Origin: Spizellomyces punctatus DAOM BR117
Taxonomy: Eukaryota
Length of the DNA stretch: 64,000 bases
Reading direction: 5' to 3' (one strand)
Assembly (NCBI GenBank): GCA_000182565.2
Contig: KQ257450.1
A program made the translations under genes and the position numbers. Under the pieces are notes generated by a model that worked only from the letters and a program-made list of their open reading frames with translations, was not told where the DNA came from and did no database searches. The number at the start of each line of letters is the position of its first letter. The first letter of the stretch is position 1. Shown here piece after piece: positions 42,401 through 54,483 of this stretch.

Positions 42401-45400
42401 TTCAGTTTGCAGAAATTGCCAAAGAAAAGCCGCAGGGCTTGCCGGCGCACTCTGACATTTACGGAGATGATAAGGGGACATCTCCTCGCGGCGATCGTAA
42501 AGACTCGAAAGGTCCTGGTCGTCCTCTCAGTATGTCTCGCCAGGGATCTTCCAGTGATGTCCGCATGGGCCCACCAGGTAAAACAAGCGAGGAAAGATGG
42601 CAGCAAGCGATGGCATCAAAGCACGGCGGTGTTGGCGTACAAGGTGTTATGAGTGGTGTGGCCCCTCCACCTACTGCACGAATGAGCCGTACAGGTTCTG
42701 GCGGCGGTGGACGCATGCCACCCATGATGCGTCAAGGCTCTTTCCGCGACGGCGTACAGTCTGGTAGAGATAGTCGAAGTGGTCGTGGAGGTCGCGATCG
42801 TGGACCACCGCGCCATGCGGCTCCTGAGCCACCAGGCGAACCCGTTGAGCCACTCGTCAAGTCTGAGACTGCTTGGGCGCCTATGTCTGTGAAAAAGTCG
42901 GCCAAGAAGCCCGCCGATGGGGAGGACAAGGAGAAGGCCGAGGAGGAGCTGATATACAGAAAGACAAAGGGTCTCTTGAATAAGCTGACCATTGAGCGCT
43001 TCGATTCCATTTCATCCCAGATTTTGAACATTGGCATGACAAGGGAGAGCATTCTCAAGGGAGTTATTGCCCTTATATTTGAAAAGGCGTTGGATGAGCC
43101 CAACTTCGGGTCCATGTATGCTTCCCTTTGTGCTAGACTGTCGAGCGAGCTACCAAAGGTCCAGAGCTGGATTGATATAGATGCGAAAAACAATACCTTC
43201 AGAAGAGTATTGTTGAATCGGTGTCAGGAAGAATTCGAAAAAGGTGCTAAATGGAGCGAATCAGAGGAGAAGCTCCTCGAACAGCGGCGGGAAGCCCGTA
43301 CCAGATTGGAAGCCATGACTGACGAAGAGAAATTGAAGATCGCTGAGGAGGATTACCAACGCGGCAAAACGAAGCGGCGGGTGCTCGGTAACATCAGGTT
43401 CATTGGTGAGCTTTTCATACAGAGCCTTATTACCGAGAAAATCATGCACCAGTGCATACAACAACTTCTTAAGAACGTGACGGACCCAGAAGAGGAAGAT
43501 GTAGAGTCGCTGTGCAAGTTGCTCACTACCATTGGTGCACGCATGGACCACTCCAAGGCTAAGGGTCACTTTGAGGCATACTTTGCGCGTATCGAGGAAT
43601 TGACCAAGAACGCCAAGTTGTCTGCTCGTATCCGATTCATGCTGCTTGATCTGATAGACCTTCGCAAGGAGGGCTGGAAAGCACGAAACGCGCCCACTGG
43701 GCCGAAGACTATTGCTGAAATCCGGGCTGAAGCTGAACGTAAACAAGCGGAGGAAGCACAAAAGATTCAAGAGCGAAACCGAAGCTCAGGGGGAGCCCGG
43801 GGATTGCCAACACGGGATCAGCAGTTCCGGGATCGTCGGGGAAGTGGTCGGGGCAGTCAAGACGGACGTACCGGAGGTGTGGCCCAAGTTAGCGGGGACG
43901 GATGGGTCACACAGGGATCAACGCGAGGCATGCCTCAGGCATCGCGGCAAGTTGAGACCTTTGCCAACTTTGGTCAGATCAAAAAGGCTGACCGTACGTC
44001 GATTACGTTTGGTCCGGGTGGTGGTATGGGCTTTGGACAAGGTGCGAAGGGATGGGGTGCCAAGAAGACCGAGGCGAAAGAGGCTGGAGCGCCCTTGAGC
44101 AGATCAAGCAGTGCTGGAGAGGGTGGCCTTGCTGCTCCCAACATGTTCAGCGTGTTGGAGGGTATGGACCGAAAGAAGTCTGTTGATGAGGGACGCAAAC
44201 CTACTGCGCCTAAAGCGGTGACGCCAAGCAAGGACGAAGAGCAGCCCAAGGAAGAGGAGGTCAAGAGATTGACAAAGGGTCAGGCCAGTGCAAAGCTTGA
44301 CGGAATCATTGAGGAATGGTTCACCCTTTTGGACGTGAACGTAAGTTCCACTGGGGGCTTTTATCATGGGAACATTTAGAACTAATGTTCCTGTGTAATT
44401 TATAGGAGGCTTTTCTGTCCCTAAAGGAATTGGGAGCATATGAGTATCACCCGGACTTTGTGGATACCGTCTTGAACAAGAGTTGGGAGAATAAGCCGGA
44501 TGTGATCAAAAAGGCTGTGAAACTTTTGCTCAAGCTCCTGGACGAGGGCCTTGTCGCCAATGAGGATTTGAAAGACATGTAAGTGTTTTCACCGATTTGT
44601 AGTACCGTATCTTGTGGCAGCCACTGACACGGATTGTGGCCTACAGCCTAGCTCCCCACATCGAGGTCATTGATGATTTGGCAATAGATGTGCCAGACCA
44701 TTACAAAAATGCTGGTCATCTATTGGGCCGCCTTGTGGCTTCTGATTTCATAAATCTGCAAACCGTCCTTGAGCTATCCGCTCCTCTCCTCTCAATATCA
44801 TCCATGAAACCCCCCGGCGCGCGGCTGTTGGCTGAGACACTCAAAGATATCAAATCTTTGGATGGCGATAACGCCCTAGTTGATATCGTCACAAAGGACG
44901 CTGTCGATCTCAAAGAATGGTGGCCAAAGGAAAAGCGTACTGATGAGATTCTGGCAGATTGGCTGGATGCGAATGGGCTTTTCATTTTGGCCCCGGAGCT
45001 TGAAACATTGAAGGGGTTAAAATGGAGATTAGGAAAGGATAATGTGGAATCTGTGGCGGCTTGGTTGAAGGTAAACAAAGCAGTACATTGACCTGCTCAT
45101 TTGAAATGGTAAATTTAACGAGTGGATGTTTCGTAATTGTAGGAGCCGAGCAATGATAAAGTGCGCGCGTCGCCGGAATTCGTGCGAATCTTGACAATAG
45201 GTGTTTTGTCACACATTGCATCGCAAACAGTATTCGCGAACGGCCCCAACAAACCAGTAGAACCCACTCCCGATTCCGTGCAAAAGCAAAAGGAGATGTT
45301 GACATCGCTCAAGCCGTTGTTTGATCCATACGTGGATGGGTCTAAGAAAGTGGATGTATTGTTTGCTATTCAAGCGTACTGTGGCAATATTGGATTCCCT

Positions 45401-45613
45401 ACTGGTTGGTTGAAGCTTTATATTGCCAGCAACTCGTTTTTCAAACTTCTAACGATGCCAAAAATCGTTGCAGAACTCTTACCCAACATGTTCCGTCATT
45501 TCCGAGAAGTCGGCATTGTAGACAAGAGCGCATTTGAAGCATGGAAACAGGACACATTGCGAGAGCAGAGTACAAAGAAGGAGGCCCTTGCCGCCGTCGG
45601 AGACATGTCCTAA
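39419..45613 (+). CDS. eIF4G: Translation initiation factor eIF4G (multi-exon)
   Basis: eIF4E-binding YQRDFLL; MIF4G KGLLNKLT..IFEKALDEPNFGSMYA..LGNIRFIGELF..RIRFMLLDLIDLR; GPKTIAEI; MA3 and W2-like C-terminal exons. Confidence 0.95.
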
Positions 45614-46073
45614 AATTGAACGGATCAACACATAAACAAGGGGGGAATCACGTTTTTTGCATATATAATAGTTGGGTTTTGTTTATCTTTCCATTTCTGC
45701 CGGATTTCTTTTTCTGCACGGATGGATGGCATCAAGGTGTGCAGAAGGCATCGCATATGGCTGTTTCTTTTTTTCTTTTGTTTTTTGTTTGAGGAGATCT
45801 AGTTAATATATCCATTTGGAAAATCGTTTCATCAAATTGTGCTCGTTTCGTTCTACCTTGTTTTTATGGTATATGGATTATTCCAATACTGCGAGTCCCA
45901 TTGCACCTTTGTGATGACGATGTGCGGTTTTGCGGGGAAGCGCTGTTTTACAGTCGAAAAGAATTCTTTGTCATTGTTTCAAATGTTTGCCGTTGAAGAT
46001 GTGCAGCAGCATTAGATGCAAGAGCTGGAATACTTTATACGCAGCCCAGTATTGTGTAATTGTTCATGTTGTG

Positions 46074-46146
46074 TAGTGTAGAGGTGACAGAAAATGGCAC
46101 TAGCTACTACACCAGGGAATAAACCGGCGACAACCGGTTTGGAAAA
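46074..46146 (-). ncRNA. omegaRNA scaffold variant, copy 1
   Basis: TTTTCCAAACCGGTTGTCGCCGGTTTATTCCCTGGTGTAGTAGCTAGTGCCATTTTCTGTCACCTCTACACTA; stems AAACCGG/CCGGTTT and GTGTAG/CTACAC. Confidence 0.8.
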
Positions 46147-46198
46147 GCTAACTAAGCTACTACTAGGCAATTATACACGCAATACGTAACGGTTGGTT

Positions 46199-46551
46199 CT
46201 AACCGGATAATTGCCCTCCACCACACGCGGTCCCTACTAGGCCTTGATCCAGAACTCTTGATGGCATTGAAGCCAGACTCTTGCATCCAGGAGCGAATCG
46301 ACTGGGCAGCGTCACAAGCCAGAGGATGTTCAGTGACAAGGCTTGGAGACTAGAGAAAAAAACTGCATGTCAGAAGATGACCCGATGACAAGAAATGCAA
46401 GAAATGCCATCGATACATACCAACCAAGCTCAACTAATGTGGCAGCATAATAGTAGGTTTTGTTATCAGATCCGATTGGTTGCCACTGGTTCTGGTCACG
46501 GTTGCTGTCGGGCGGTCGAGGTCCTCGACACCACCACATCGGCGTTCTCAT
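46199..46551 (-). CDS. Putative spliced 93-aa cargo ORF, copy 1 (exons 46551-46421, 46349-46199)
   Basis: accATG, intron GTATGT..CTGAC..TTTCTCTAG (71 nt), frame kept in both copies; coding status unproven. Confidence 0.45.
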
Positions 46552-46669
46552 GGTTGACCGAGTCGCGATGAGGTTGCAATGTGGGTCGCAATGAGAGTTG
46601 TGCAGATGCAGATGCTTTGAGAGTCGAGGATGGGTAAAGAGGAAAGAGGGAAGAGACAGAAGGCTCCCC

Positions 46670-46676
46670 TTTTATA
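46670..46676 (-). promoter_or_regulatory. Putative TATA box in element copy 1
   Basis: TATAAAA followed by a pyrimidine-rich tract, conserved in copy 2 (54322-54328). Confidence 0.55.
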
Positions 46677-47064
46677 GACCTTTGGCATGCGCCTCACCGC
46701 AGTTTAAAAAAAAAACATTAGCATGCCACACCAATCTGAGCGATAGATGGGGGTTCTCATTATGCGATATGATTAACCGGATTCATCCGGATAATAATGA
46801 GTCCTAGTGCCATTTTCAATCGCCTCCACACTATGTGATGTGCTTATGTAATCCAGCCCATCCAATTTCAATTCTGCCTTTTACGACACGCATGGTTTGC
46901 TTTTGTGGTGAACTCACTACGACTTTATCCGCCTCTCCAATTCCCAACGTGATCAGCTGTGTGGGGAGTCAAACCACATGCTAAAAGGGCCATAGCAACC
47001 AAAGTGTGTGCAGTGTGTGTGTGTGTCGATACCGTTCTTTTTTTTCCTTTAAAATGGAGAGATC

Positions 47065-47095
47065 ATTCATCATCATCATCATCATCTTCATCATC
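47065..47095. repeat. (CAT)n microsatellite, with TG repeats nearby
   Basis: About 10 CAT-like units; (TG)n near 47003-47026. Confidence 0.9.
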
Positions 47096-47758
47096 AGCTG
47101 TGTTTGGGGTCTTGACTTGCTTTTCCTTTTGCCTTTAAAGTAATTACATACATTATCATATGGCTCCCCCGCTTTCTCTTTTGTACACACACATTCAAAA
47201 AGGAAACACACACTCATTCCCCCGTTCAGCTTTTTTTGGTGGTTGGGGGCGGTTCAAACTTAACAACGGCTACTTTGGAGAGAGAGACTGCGCCCCACCG
47301 CCCAAACTAGAGGCGATTTTAGGCTGACTGTTCAAACGGACCCTCGTTGAACCGCTTTCTCGTCGTCGTCGTTTTCCTTTCATCTTTGAGACGCGACGGC
47401 AATTCACCTGTTCTATTTAGGTACGTTATCCACACATGGGATTTAGCTTGGAAGGAGGCTTCTACCTATTGGAAAAGATGGAATTTACACGACGGGGGCG
47501 TGTATTTTATCTTTTACATTGGCGTCCCCAAAGGACCAAAATATCCATTAGGAAAAAAAACAAAAACGAGAGCGGAAAACCGCGTAGGAAAAGCTATATA
47601 CGACACTTTTACTGACACACTTACACACACACATAACTTTTACACATACTTACATTGCTCTTTTCTTACTCTTTGACATTGACTTGCACAATGCAGACAA
47701 ACCAACTGTACCCATTGTCGAACGACCATCCCTCATCTTCCAAGTGTGCAATTGCGCC

Positions 47759-50700
47759 ATGTCGTTCCCACGCATGGGCACTGGTCATGGCGACATGCCC
47801 GAGGAAGAACATAATTTCCAGAAAGCAATACGAATAAAAATACCTTTCAACAAGGAAAACCCAGAGGCAAACGTCTTCGACTATGCGCAGCTGGTTGCGG
47901 CTCTGCATGGCGGTGCATCGTCCTCCTCGGGCGGAGACATGCCTAAAACCGACACTGGTTCAGCTGGTTCTGATAGCGAGGAGGATGGAGAAGACGAGAA
48001 CGGAGTAAGTTAAAAATTACCACTGTCTTATAGTTCCTTGGTCGTTTAAGCAACTGGGTAGTAATATGTCTATCAATATCTTTCAGCAGCAACCTCGCAA
48101 AAAGAAGAGTGCTGCAAAAAAGATACAAGAGGACTACGATTTTGAGGACGACTTTATCGATGATAGCGATCTCTTTTACAACGAGGTCGGATATGTCCCT
48201 CCTAGCGAATGGAATTATGGTTTCTTTGCATGGCGAGGACCAGTGGAGAATTTCTTCGAAGAGTAGTACGTATTGTCTCGACAAGTATATATGCACTTAA
48301 TAGACCGTCATCTCATGATCTTCTAGCCAAACAGACTTATTCGACAGAGATGCACCAGCTACTGCTGCAAAGCAGAAGGGCAAAAAGAAGGCGACCGCTG
48401 CATCTGCGGAGAAGAAGACAGTAAACGGAGCCGACAAAAAAGCCAAAGGCACTGGCGAGACCAGCCGAAAACGATCCAAAAAGGCAGCGGTTACCGCGCC
48501 AGCCAGTAGTGCGCCAACCTCACCAAAGGTGAAGCGCACTAACATTTCGCCTCCAGAGTCAGCAAAGCTGGGGATTAGTATAGCATCACCCGAGCCCGCA
48601 AAGGATACAGTCACTTCTACGCCTGAAGGCGCACGGGCTGGCGGCACCACCATCACTTCAATCCCGAACTCTTCCGCTCCAGAACGGCGTGGCCCATCAC
48701 AACCTGCAGATTCTGCTACTACTGGAGCACCGGACAACCATCCACTTGGACCATACATCATTGTCCCAACAAGGACCGATAGCGAATTGTCAGAGGACGA
48801 TATGCCACTCGCTGATTACGCCCGGATAAAAACCACAAAAGACGAACCACCGGTTCCACAACGAAAGCCCAGCCAACAAACAAAAAAACGAGACAGAAAG
48901 GAGGATAAACACACGACTTTGGGGCCGGCTGCAATTGCGGACGTAGCAGTGCGACATGCATTTTCAGAACCCTCCAAGAAGAAGCAGAAAAAGAACAGAG
49001 AAAAAACTGCCCAAGAAGGGCTACTTGCTGCGCCTCCATTAGCTATCTCTGCATCTCTTCTTGAGGTTTCTATGGGTCTATCGGATCCTTCCGGATCGAA
49101 AAAATCCAGTTCAAAGAGCGAGAAAAAATCTTCGTCAAAAAAGAGTTCCAAATCCAAGCGATCAGAGGTTCGTATATTTTGGTAGTTGGAGTACAGCGTC
49201 CCGACGAGGCTTTGGGTTGTATACTGATTGAAGCATTATAGACCGGGTTCCCCCGTAAAGTTGAGCAATTGTTGCAACATCTTGAAGAGAAGGCATACCT
49301 GTTACGTGAGTACATTTATGGCTGTACTCTCTAGCTCATGTCTTCCCAATATTGATCGTGACCATTGTTGTATTAGAACCACCGGCCCATGAGCCTCTCA
49401 CGGGTGAACTGAGAGATTGCCTCCACCAAGCCGCCCTTACTGCGTCGAATAACAGCTGCTTGAATGCCTCATTCTTTGCGCGAGTTGGAGCCTTTTTGCC
49501 GTACCCTGAATATTATCTAAGAGTAGGTTGCAGTATAACGTTGAGGTCGCTCAACTTCCAGCCAACTGTCATATTCTGTCATCCAGAAAATCATCGGCAT
49601 ACACGTTATACCCAAAAAGCTGGAAAGAATGCAGCCAGCCATAAAGCAGATGTATGATCATTTCCGCGCGCTCATCAAGGAAACTTTAACGCAAAATCCA
49701 ATCGCAACCCAACCCTCTACATCGTCTGCTGCCTCGCCAGAGGGGAACGACGGCAGTTCTAAATTCCCTTGGACCGAAGATCTGAGGACGCTGTTTTGGA
49801 ATTTGTTGTGCAGTGAATGGGAGATGGCCGAGTTGGATAACGAGTATCAGTGAGTACTGTCATCTTTGTCTCTATATGTGATCTCCATACTCAGCATTGC
49901 GTTAACAGCATACTTACCGATACTAAACCCGAATTCAATGAGAGCGCTGTGCGCAAAGCTGTTTATGGAAAGGTCCGACTCGCATATGATGATTCTTTCG
50001 CTTGTGGTTTGTTCTCACTATCCCTGTTTCTATTATTAAGGTATTAAGTTTTTGGCCCGAGGGAATGATGACGGTCGAGACGCTTTCCCGTACATATAGT
50101 CATATGAAAAGAAAGCTGGAACGACGAGCAGCCAGTGGTTACGGCGGCGGCAGATACCACGGTGCCAAACCCGATCCTTTCAAGAATAACAAAAGATTGA
50201 ACCCTCGCAAGTCCGCTCCGCCGATACTGGAGGGTGGTCCGCTGGGGCGAGATGAGGACGATTCACAAAAAGTGTCCGTGAACCTTGTCTCTTCAGTATC
50301 AGCTATGACTCCGGCAAAATCTGATGGTGGAGTATCTTCGCCGCTGTCGTCTCCTTACGCAATGGGTGGTAGTCAAACACCAGAAGCTGGACCCAGTTCC
50401 ACCCCTTCCAATGAGATTCCCCCCCGACCCCCCATACCTCCCAAACTCATATCCAAGGTTCCTGCTGCGGGCCATTTTACTCCAGACGGGTGGAAAGTGG
50501 AAAAGGACAATGTGAAACGCAAAGGATCTTTTGAGCCCCCAAATTTTGAGCATATCCCTCTGGACAAGAAACAGAAAATCTCGATCATGACATCAACAAC
50601 TGAGTTCGCGACGCCGACTCCATCAGGTTCAGCCGGAACTGCTGGAGGAAGTGGTTCGCCAGGACCAATAGGAACCACACGGAGGGCCTCCGACGTCAAA

Positions 50701-50832
50701 ATTCAAGTTATCATCCCTGTTGAGAGCCACGATTCTGTGACAGAAATAGCATCGCCTGCGCGGAAAACGTCTGATGCTACGAGAGAGAATTTGGGTGGGA
50801 GGGCAATGTCGGTTGCAGAGTTGATTGGATAG
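47759..50832 (+). CDS. HIR-complex subunit HPC2/ubinuclein-like protein (multi-exon)
   Basis: HUN-like motif EDYDFEDDFIDDSDL...GFFAWRGP; N-terminal IRIKIPF..FDYAQL; helical middle region FPWTEDLR...WPEGMMT. Confidence 0.75.
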
Positions 50833-50986
50833 GATAGCCATTATCACCGATGTCTTTCTTTGCATCAGTCTTTTTTTCGCTGTACATTTCTTTTTTAACG
50901 GAAATTTTTGATATACGCAGTACGATTGTCCAATGCCAGAGTCAGGAGGGTCAACATCAAACAATTTAATTAACGTTTTACTACAA

Positions 50987-51652
50987 TTAGACGATCCCAG
51001 CCTCTACAAAATCCTCTTTCCCAAACCTATGTCCTAGTCTCACTCTTTGTACGCCATGTTCCACGTAATCTCGTACTCCACCCGGCACAACGTACCCGCC
51101 AACCTCCATAACGTCCTCTCGATCAAAGTAATCCTCGTCAGCTAGCACAAACCTTCCCGCATGTGCCATTTTTGAGTTACACCGACATTGATCCCTTCCA
51201 TATGCATCCTCGTCCACCTGAAAGTGAACCCAGGTAACATTCGCCAGCCACCTATCCACAATCGATCCAGAGTTGATCTCAGGTTCCTCTTCCAAGGCCG
51301 GCGAAGGACATGACCCGCCTGTTAACGTTGTACTCTCGTCACCGTCCACGTCACTGTCGCCAGTAACACTGCTTGACCTTGTTGATATACTTGTGCGAGG
51401 TGGTGAGGCGATTCTGCCTACGATAGACGCTCTGGGTGGGGAATGGTGGGCGAGTGCTGCGAGACCGAGATGTTCGTCCTGATGTGTTGTGAAGGGAGTG
51501 AAGCTGTTTGTATTTGCTGTTGTTGGTTTGCTTGTTGCTGGGACGGTATGGAATGCTGTGGGATGTTCAAAGTAGTCTTCGTCACAGGACCAGCGATATG
51601 ATAGGATGGTAGCCATGGTCGCCCTTGTTCGTAGCGCAGAAAGAGCCCACAA
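50987..51652 (-). CDS. Hypothetical protein
   Basis: 221-codon ORF with repeated DEDYF motif; true start is probably the internal ATG at 51616. Confidence 0.4.
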   Translation of the reverse strand: MWALSALRTRATMATILSYRWSCDEDYFEHPTAFHTVPATSKPTTANTNSFTPFTTHQDEHLGLAALAHHSPPRASIVGRIASPPRTSISTRSSSVTGDSDVDGDESTTLTGGSCPSPALEEEPEINSGSIVDRWLANVTWVHFQVDEDAYGRDQCRCNSKMAHAGRFVLADEDYFDREDVMEVGGYVVPGGVRDYVEHGVQRVRLGHRFGKEDFVEAGIV

Positions 51653-51834
51653 CCTTGCAAGTCAAATGAGGTGGTCAAAACGAACAAAGGCAAATACAAC
51701 AACGGGTGCGCGCAGCAGTGTGATCCTTGATGTGGCGCAAGCTGACAATTGCGCCATCTTACGCGAATCAGGTGGCCAACAGACCCAAGCAAACGACAGC
51801 AAGTTTGGAAACTGGTCAGTACAAGTAGCCAAAG

Positions 51835-53289
51835 ATGGCAGCAACAACCGATTCTTACGCGTCTGACCCATCCACTACCTACGCCCTCCCACTGCGCAAG
51901 GAGTTTCAGCGGGGACAGGCTCTATACCAGAAGCTCGAAAACTCGGAGCTTGCGTCGTCAGATCCCGCCTTCCAAGTAATACAAGCTGCGGACATTTTCT
52001 TTGGCCCACATTGTATGTCTCAACGCCGTGCTTCACGCAGGAAGATGTGACGGAAGGGATCAATTCTCTCTTGCGCTGCGCGGCGCTCGTAGAAACACTT
52101 GGAGTTTTTAGTTCAAATGAACTTTTGGAAGATATCAACACGGCTGATCTACGGTAGGTCAAGCAACATAGATCACCCACGTCAACAATCATTGATCTTG
52201 TCAAGCAGGTATCTTTTAGTCAATGCTTATCTTGCGGTATTGATTTCGAAACGCATGGGGCAGGATCGCCTCGAAGTATTGCAAACTGCACAGGTATAAA
52301 ATTCTTGCAGAATCTTCCTTTAGTCGAAAGTGCATACTTATCAACAAGTCGATGCATACACAGCATCATTATGAACGATTTCTGGCGGCATGTGAACAAC
52401 ATGAGATACTTCGGGCAGATGACAAAAAGTTCTTGGAAACCCAAATGAAGGGCGGTATTGCGGACCCCGAAAGGAAAAGAATGGAAAAAATTGCACGATA
52501 TAAGCGGGAGAAAGCCACAAAGGAAAAGCTAACGGTACTTTCCAAGCTCGTCTACTGTTCCGAGTCTGAGTAACTTGACGTTTGCGTATCATGATTCAGG
52601 AGCTCCATGAACAGCTTTCCTATCAGGCCAAGGCAACCCCTAATGAAGATGAAGATGTCGATGAGGAATTAGACCGCGAAATCATTTTAACAACTATCGA
52701 CTTGTTTATACAACGAACGGCTGAAAACCTTAAGCTCATTCAGGATGAGCGCAAATTGTTGGAGATGGCAAAAGCAAAGGGGACACTTCGAGGACCCGAT
52801 TCAAGAGATCAAACCACGATCATTGAAGGAACCCCCCCACCACGGATGAACCACCAAGGACCGTTATTAGCCTCAGATGGGAAGGTGCGCATTGTGACTG
52901 CTCAACTTTGGACATTTACCCAACACTGACTTTTTGTCGCTCAGATCCTTCGACCGTTTGTAATCACATCCAAACGTGAAGCTCTCCGTCAGCAAGTATT
53001 CCGGCCCGGTCATAATTTGCCGACAATGACAGTAGAAGAATATATTGACAAGGAAATCGAGCGCGGGAACTTTCTCAGTGGTGGAGGGTAAGGGAGTATA
53101 TATATCTCTTGTTCCACTACCTCGCTAACTATACCTCCTTTATCTATATCCAGCAAAGAACCAGAAACAAAAATAGCTGACGATAATGACCATGAAGCTC
53201 TTGATGCTGAGACATATAAAGCCCGACAATGGGATGAGTTCAAAGATGATACTCCCCGCGGATGGGGAAATCGGTATAATAAGGGTTAA
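51835..53289 (+). CDS. TAP42: TAP42/IGBP1 (alpha4) PP2A regulator (multi-exon)
   Basis: VFSSNELLEDINTADL-RYLL, RMEKIARYK, RPFVITSKRE..VFRPGHNLPTMTVEEY, KARQWDEFKDDTPRGWGN. Confidence 0.93.
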
Positions 53290-53612
53290 TAGTCGGAGTT
53301 GACTAGCAAGTAGACTAGCTTCCGTCTCTCGATGTGGATGCGTGTTACCTCCAGTATAGAACGACAGAGTGATGAGATTATTCCTGTGGTTCCAACGATG
53401 CGACACCTAATAAACGCGTCTTAGGCTTCAAAGTTTATCCGAAGGAAAACTACAAGCGCTATTTGTTGATACTTTGTCATCCGATAAAGCCCTACCTGGT
53501 GCATGACTTGAATATTATAGAGGGACCATGCAATGGGGGTGGCTTACACATTCAATTGGTTTTTCAATCTGGTTTTTCATCGAGAATCACATGTGGTTTG
53601 TGGTTTATCAAC

Positions 53613-53686
53613 GCCTCCTTGGCTCAGTTGGTTAGAGCGTCTGCCTAGTAAGCAGAAGGTCCCGCGTTCGAATCGCGGAGGAGGCA
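53613..53686 (+). tRNA. tRNA-Thr(AGT)
   Basis: Acceptor stem GCCTCCT/AGGAGGC, D arm GCTC..GAGC, anticodon arm TCTGC-CTAGTAA-GCAGA, T arm GTTCGAATC; TTTT about 23 nt downstream. Confidence 0.96.
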
Positions 53687-53751
53687 TCAACTGGTTTAGA
53701 GTTATTCATTTTACTCCCGGTGCCAACATCAACAGGCGGCGTGTTCTTTGC

Positions 53752-53824
53752 TAGTGTAGAGGTGACAGGAACTGGCACTAGCTACTACACCAGGGAATAA
53801 ACCGGCGACAACAGGTTCGGAAAA
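53752..53824 (-). ncRNA. omegaRNA scaffold variant, copy 2
   Basis: TTTTCCGAACCTGTTGTCGCCGGTTTATTCCCTGGTGTAGTAGCTAGTGCCAGTTCCTGTCACCTCTACACTA. Confidence 0.78.
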
Positions 53825-54483
53825 GCTAACTAAGCTACTACTAGGCAATTATACACGCAATACGTAACGGTTGGTTCTAACCGGATAATTGCCCACCACC
53901 ACACGCGGTCCCTACTAGGCCTTGATCTGGAACTCTTGATGGCATTGAAGCCCGACTCTTGCATCCAGGAGCGAATCGACTGGGCAGCGTCACAAGCCAG
54001 AGGATGTTCAGTGACAAGACTTGGAGACTATACATGCATGTTAGTGACAGAATAACATGAAAAGAGATGATGCCATTGGTACATACCAACCAAGCTCAAC
54101 TAATGTGGCAGCATAATAGTAGTTTTTGTTATCGGATCCGATTGGTTGCCACTGGTTCTGATCACTGTTGCTGTCGGGCGGTCGAGGTCCTCGACACCAC
54201 CACATCGGCGTTCTCATGGTTGACCGAGTCGCGATGAGGTTGTGTGGGTCGCAATGAGCGTTGCACAGATGCTTGCGAGTCGAGGGATAAAGAGGAAACA
54301 GGGAAGAGGGAGCAGGTCCCCTTTTATAGACCTTTGGCATGCGCCTCACTGCAGTTTAAAAAAAAAACATTAGCATGCCACACCAATCTGAGCGATAGAT
54401 GGGGGTTCTGATTATGCGATATGATTAACCGGATTAATCCGGATAATAATGAGTCCTAGTGCCATTTTCAATCACCTCCACAC
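53754..54483 (-). mobile_element. Nuclease-less Fanzor-related TIR element, copy 2 (730 bp; ghost-type)
   Basis: TIRs at 53754-53781 and 54456-54483, TA flanks at 53752-53 and 54484-85, CATA at the left junction; colinear with 46076-46831. Confidence 0.92.
53877..54217 (-). CDS. Putative spliced 93-aa cargo ORF, copy 2 (exons 54217-54087, 54027-53877)
   Basis: accATG, intron GTATGT..CACTAAC..TATAG (59 nt); exon lengths 131 and 151 identical to copy 1. Confidence 0.45.

Larger units (their letters stand above)
46076..46831 (-). mobile_element. Nuclease-less Fanzor-related TIR element, copy 1 (756 bp; ghost-type)
   Basis: 28-bp TIRs at 46076-46103 and 46804-46831 (4 mismatches), TA flanks at 46074-75 and 46832-33, CATA at the left junction; right end homologous to the Fanzor omegaRNA; close paralog at 53754-54483. 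Confidence 0.92.

Noticed and set aside
41700-43770. Long antisense ORFs within eIF4G (similar ones inside Trp, SMC3 and RPB1)
   Set aside because: Expected antisense shadows of coding sequence
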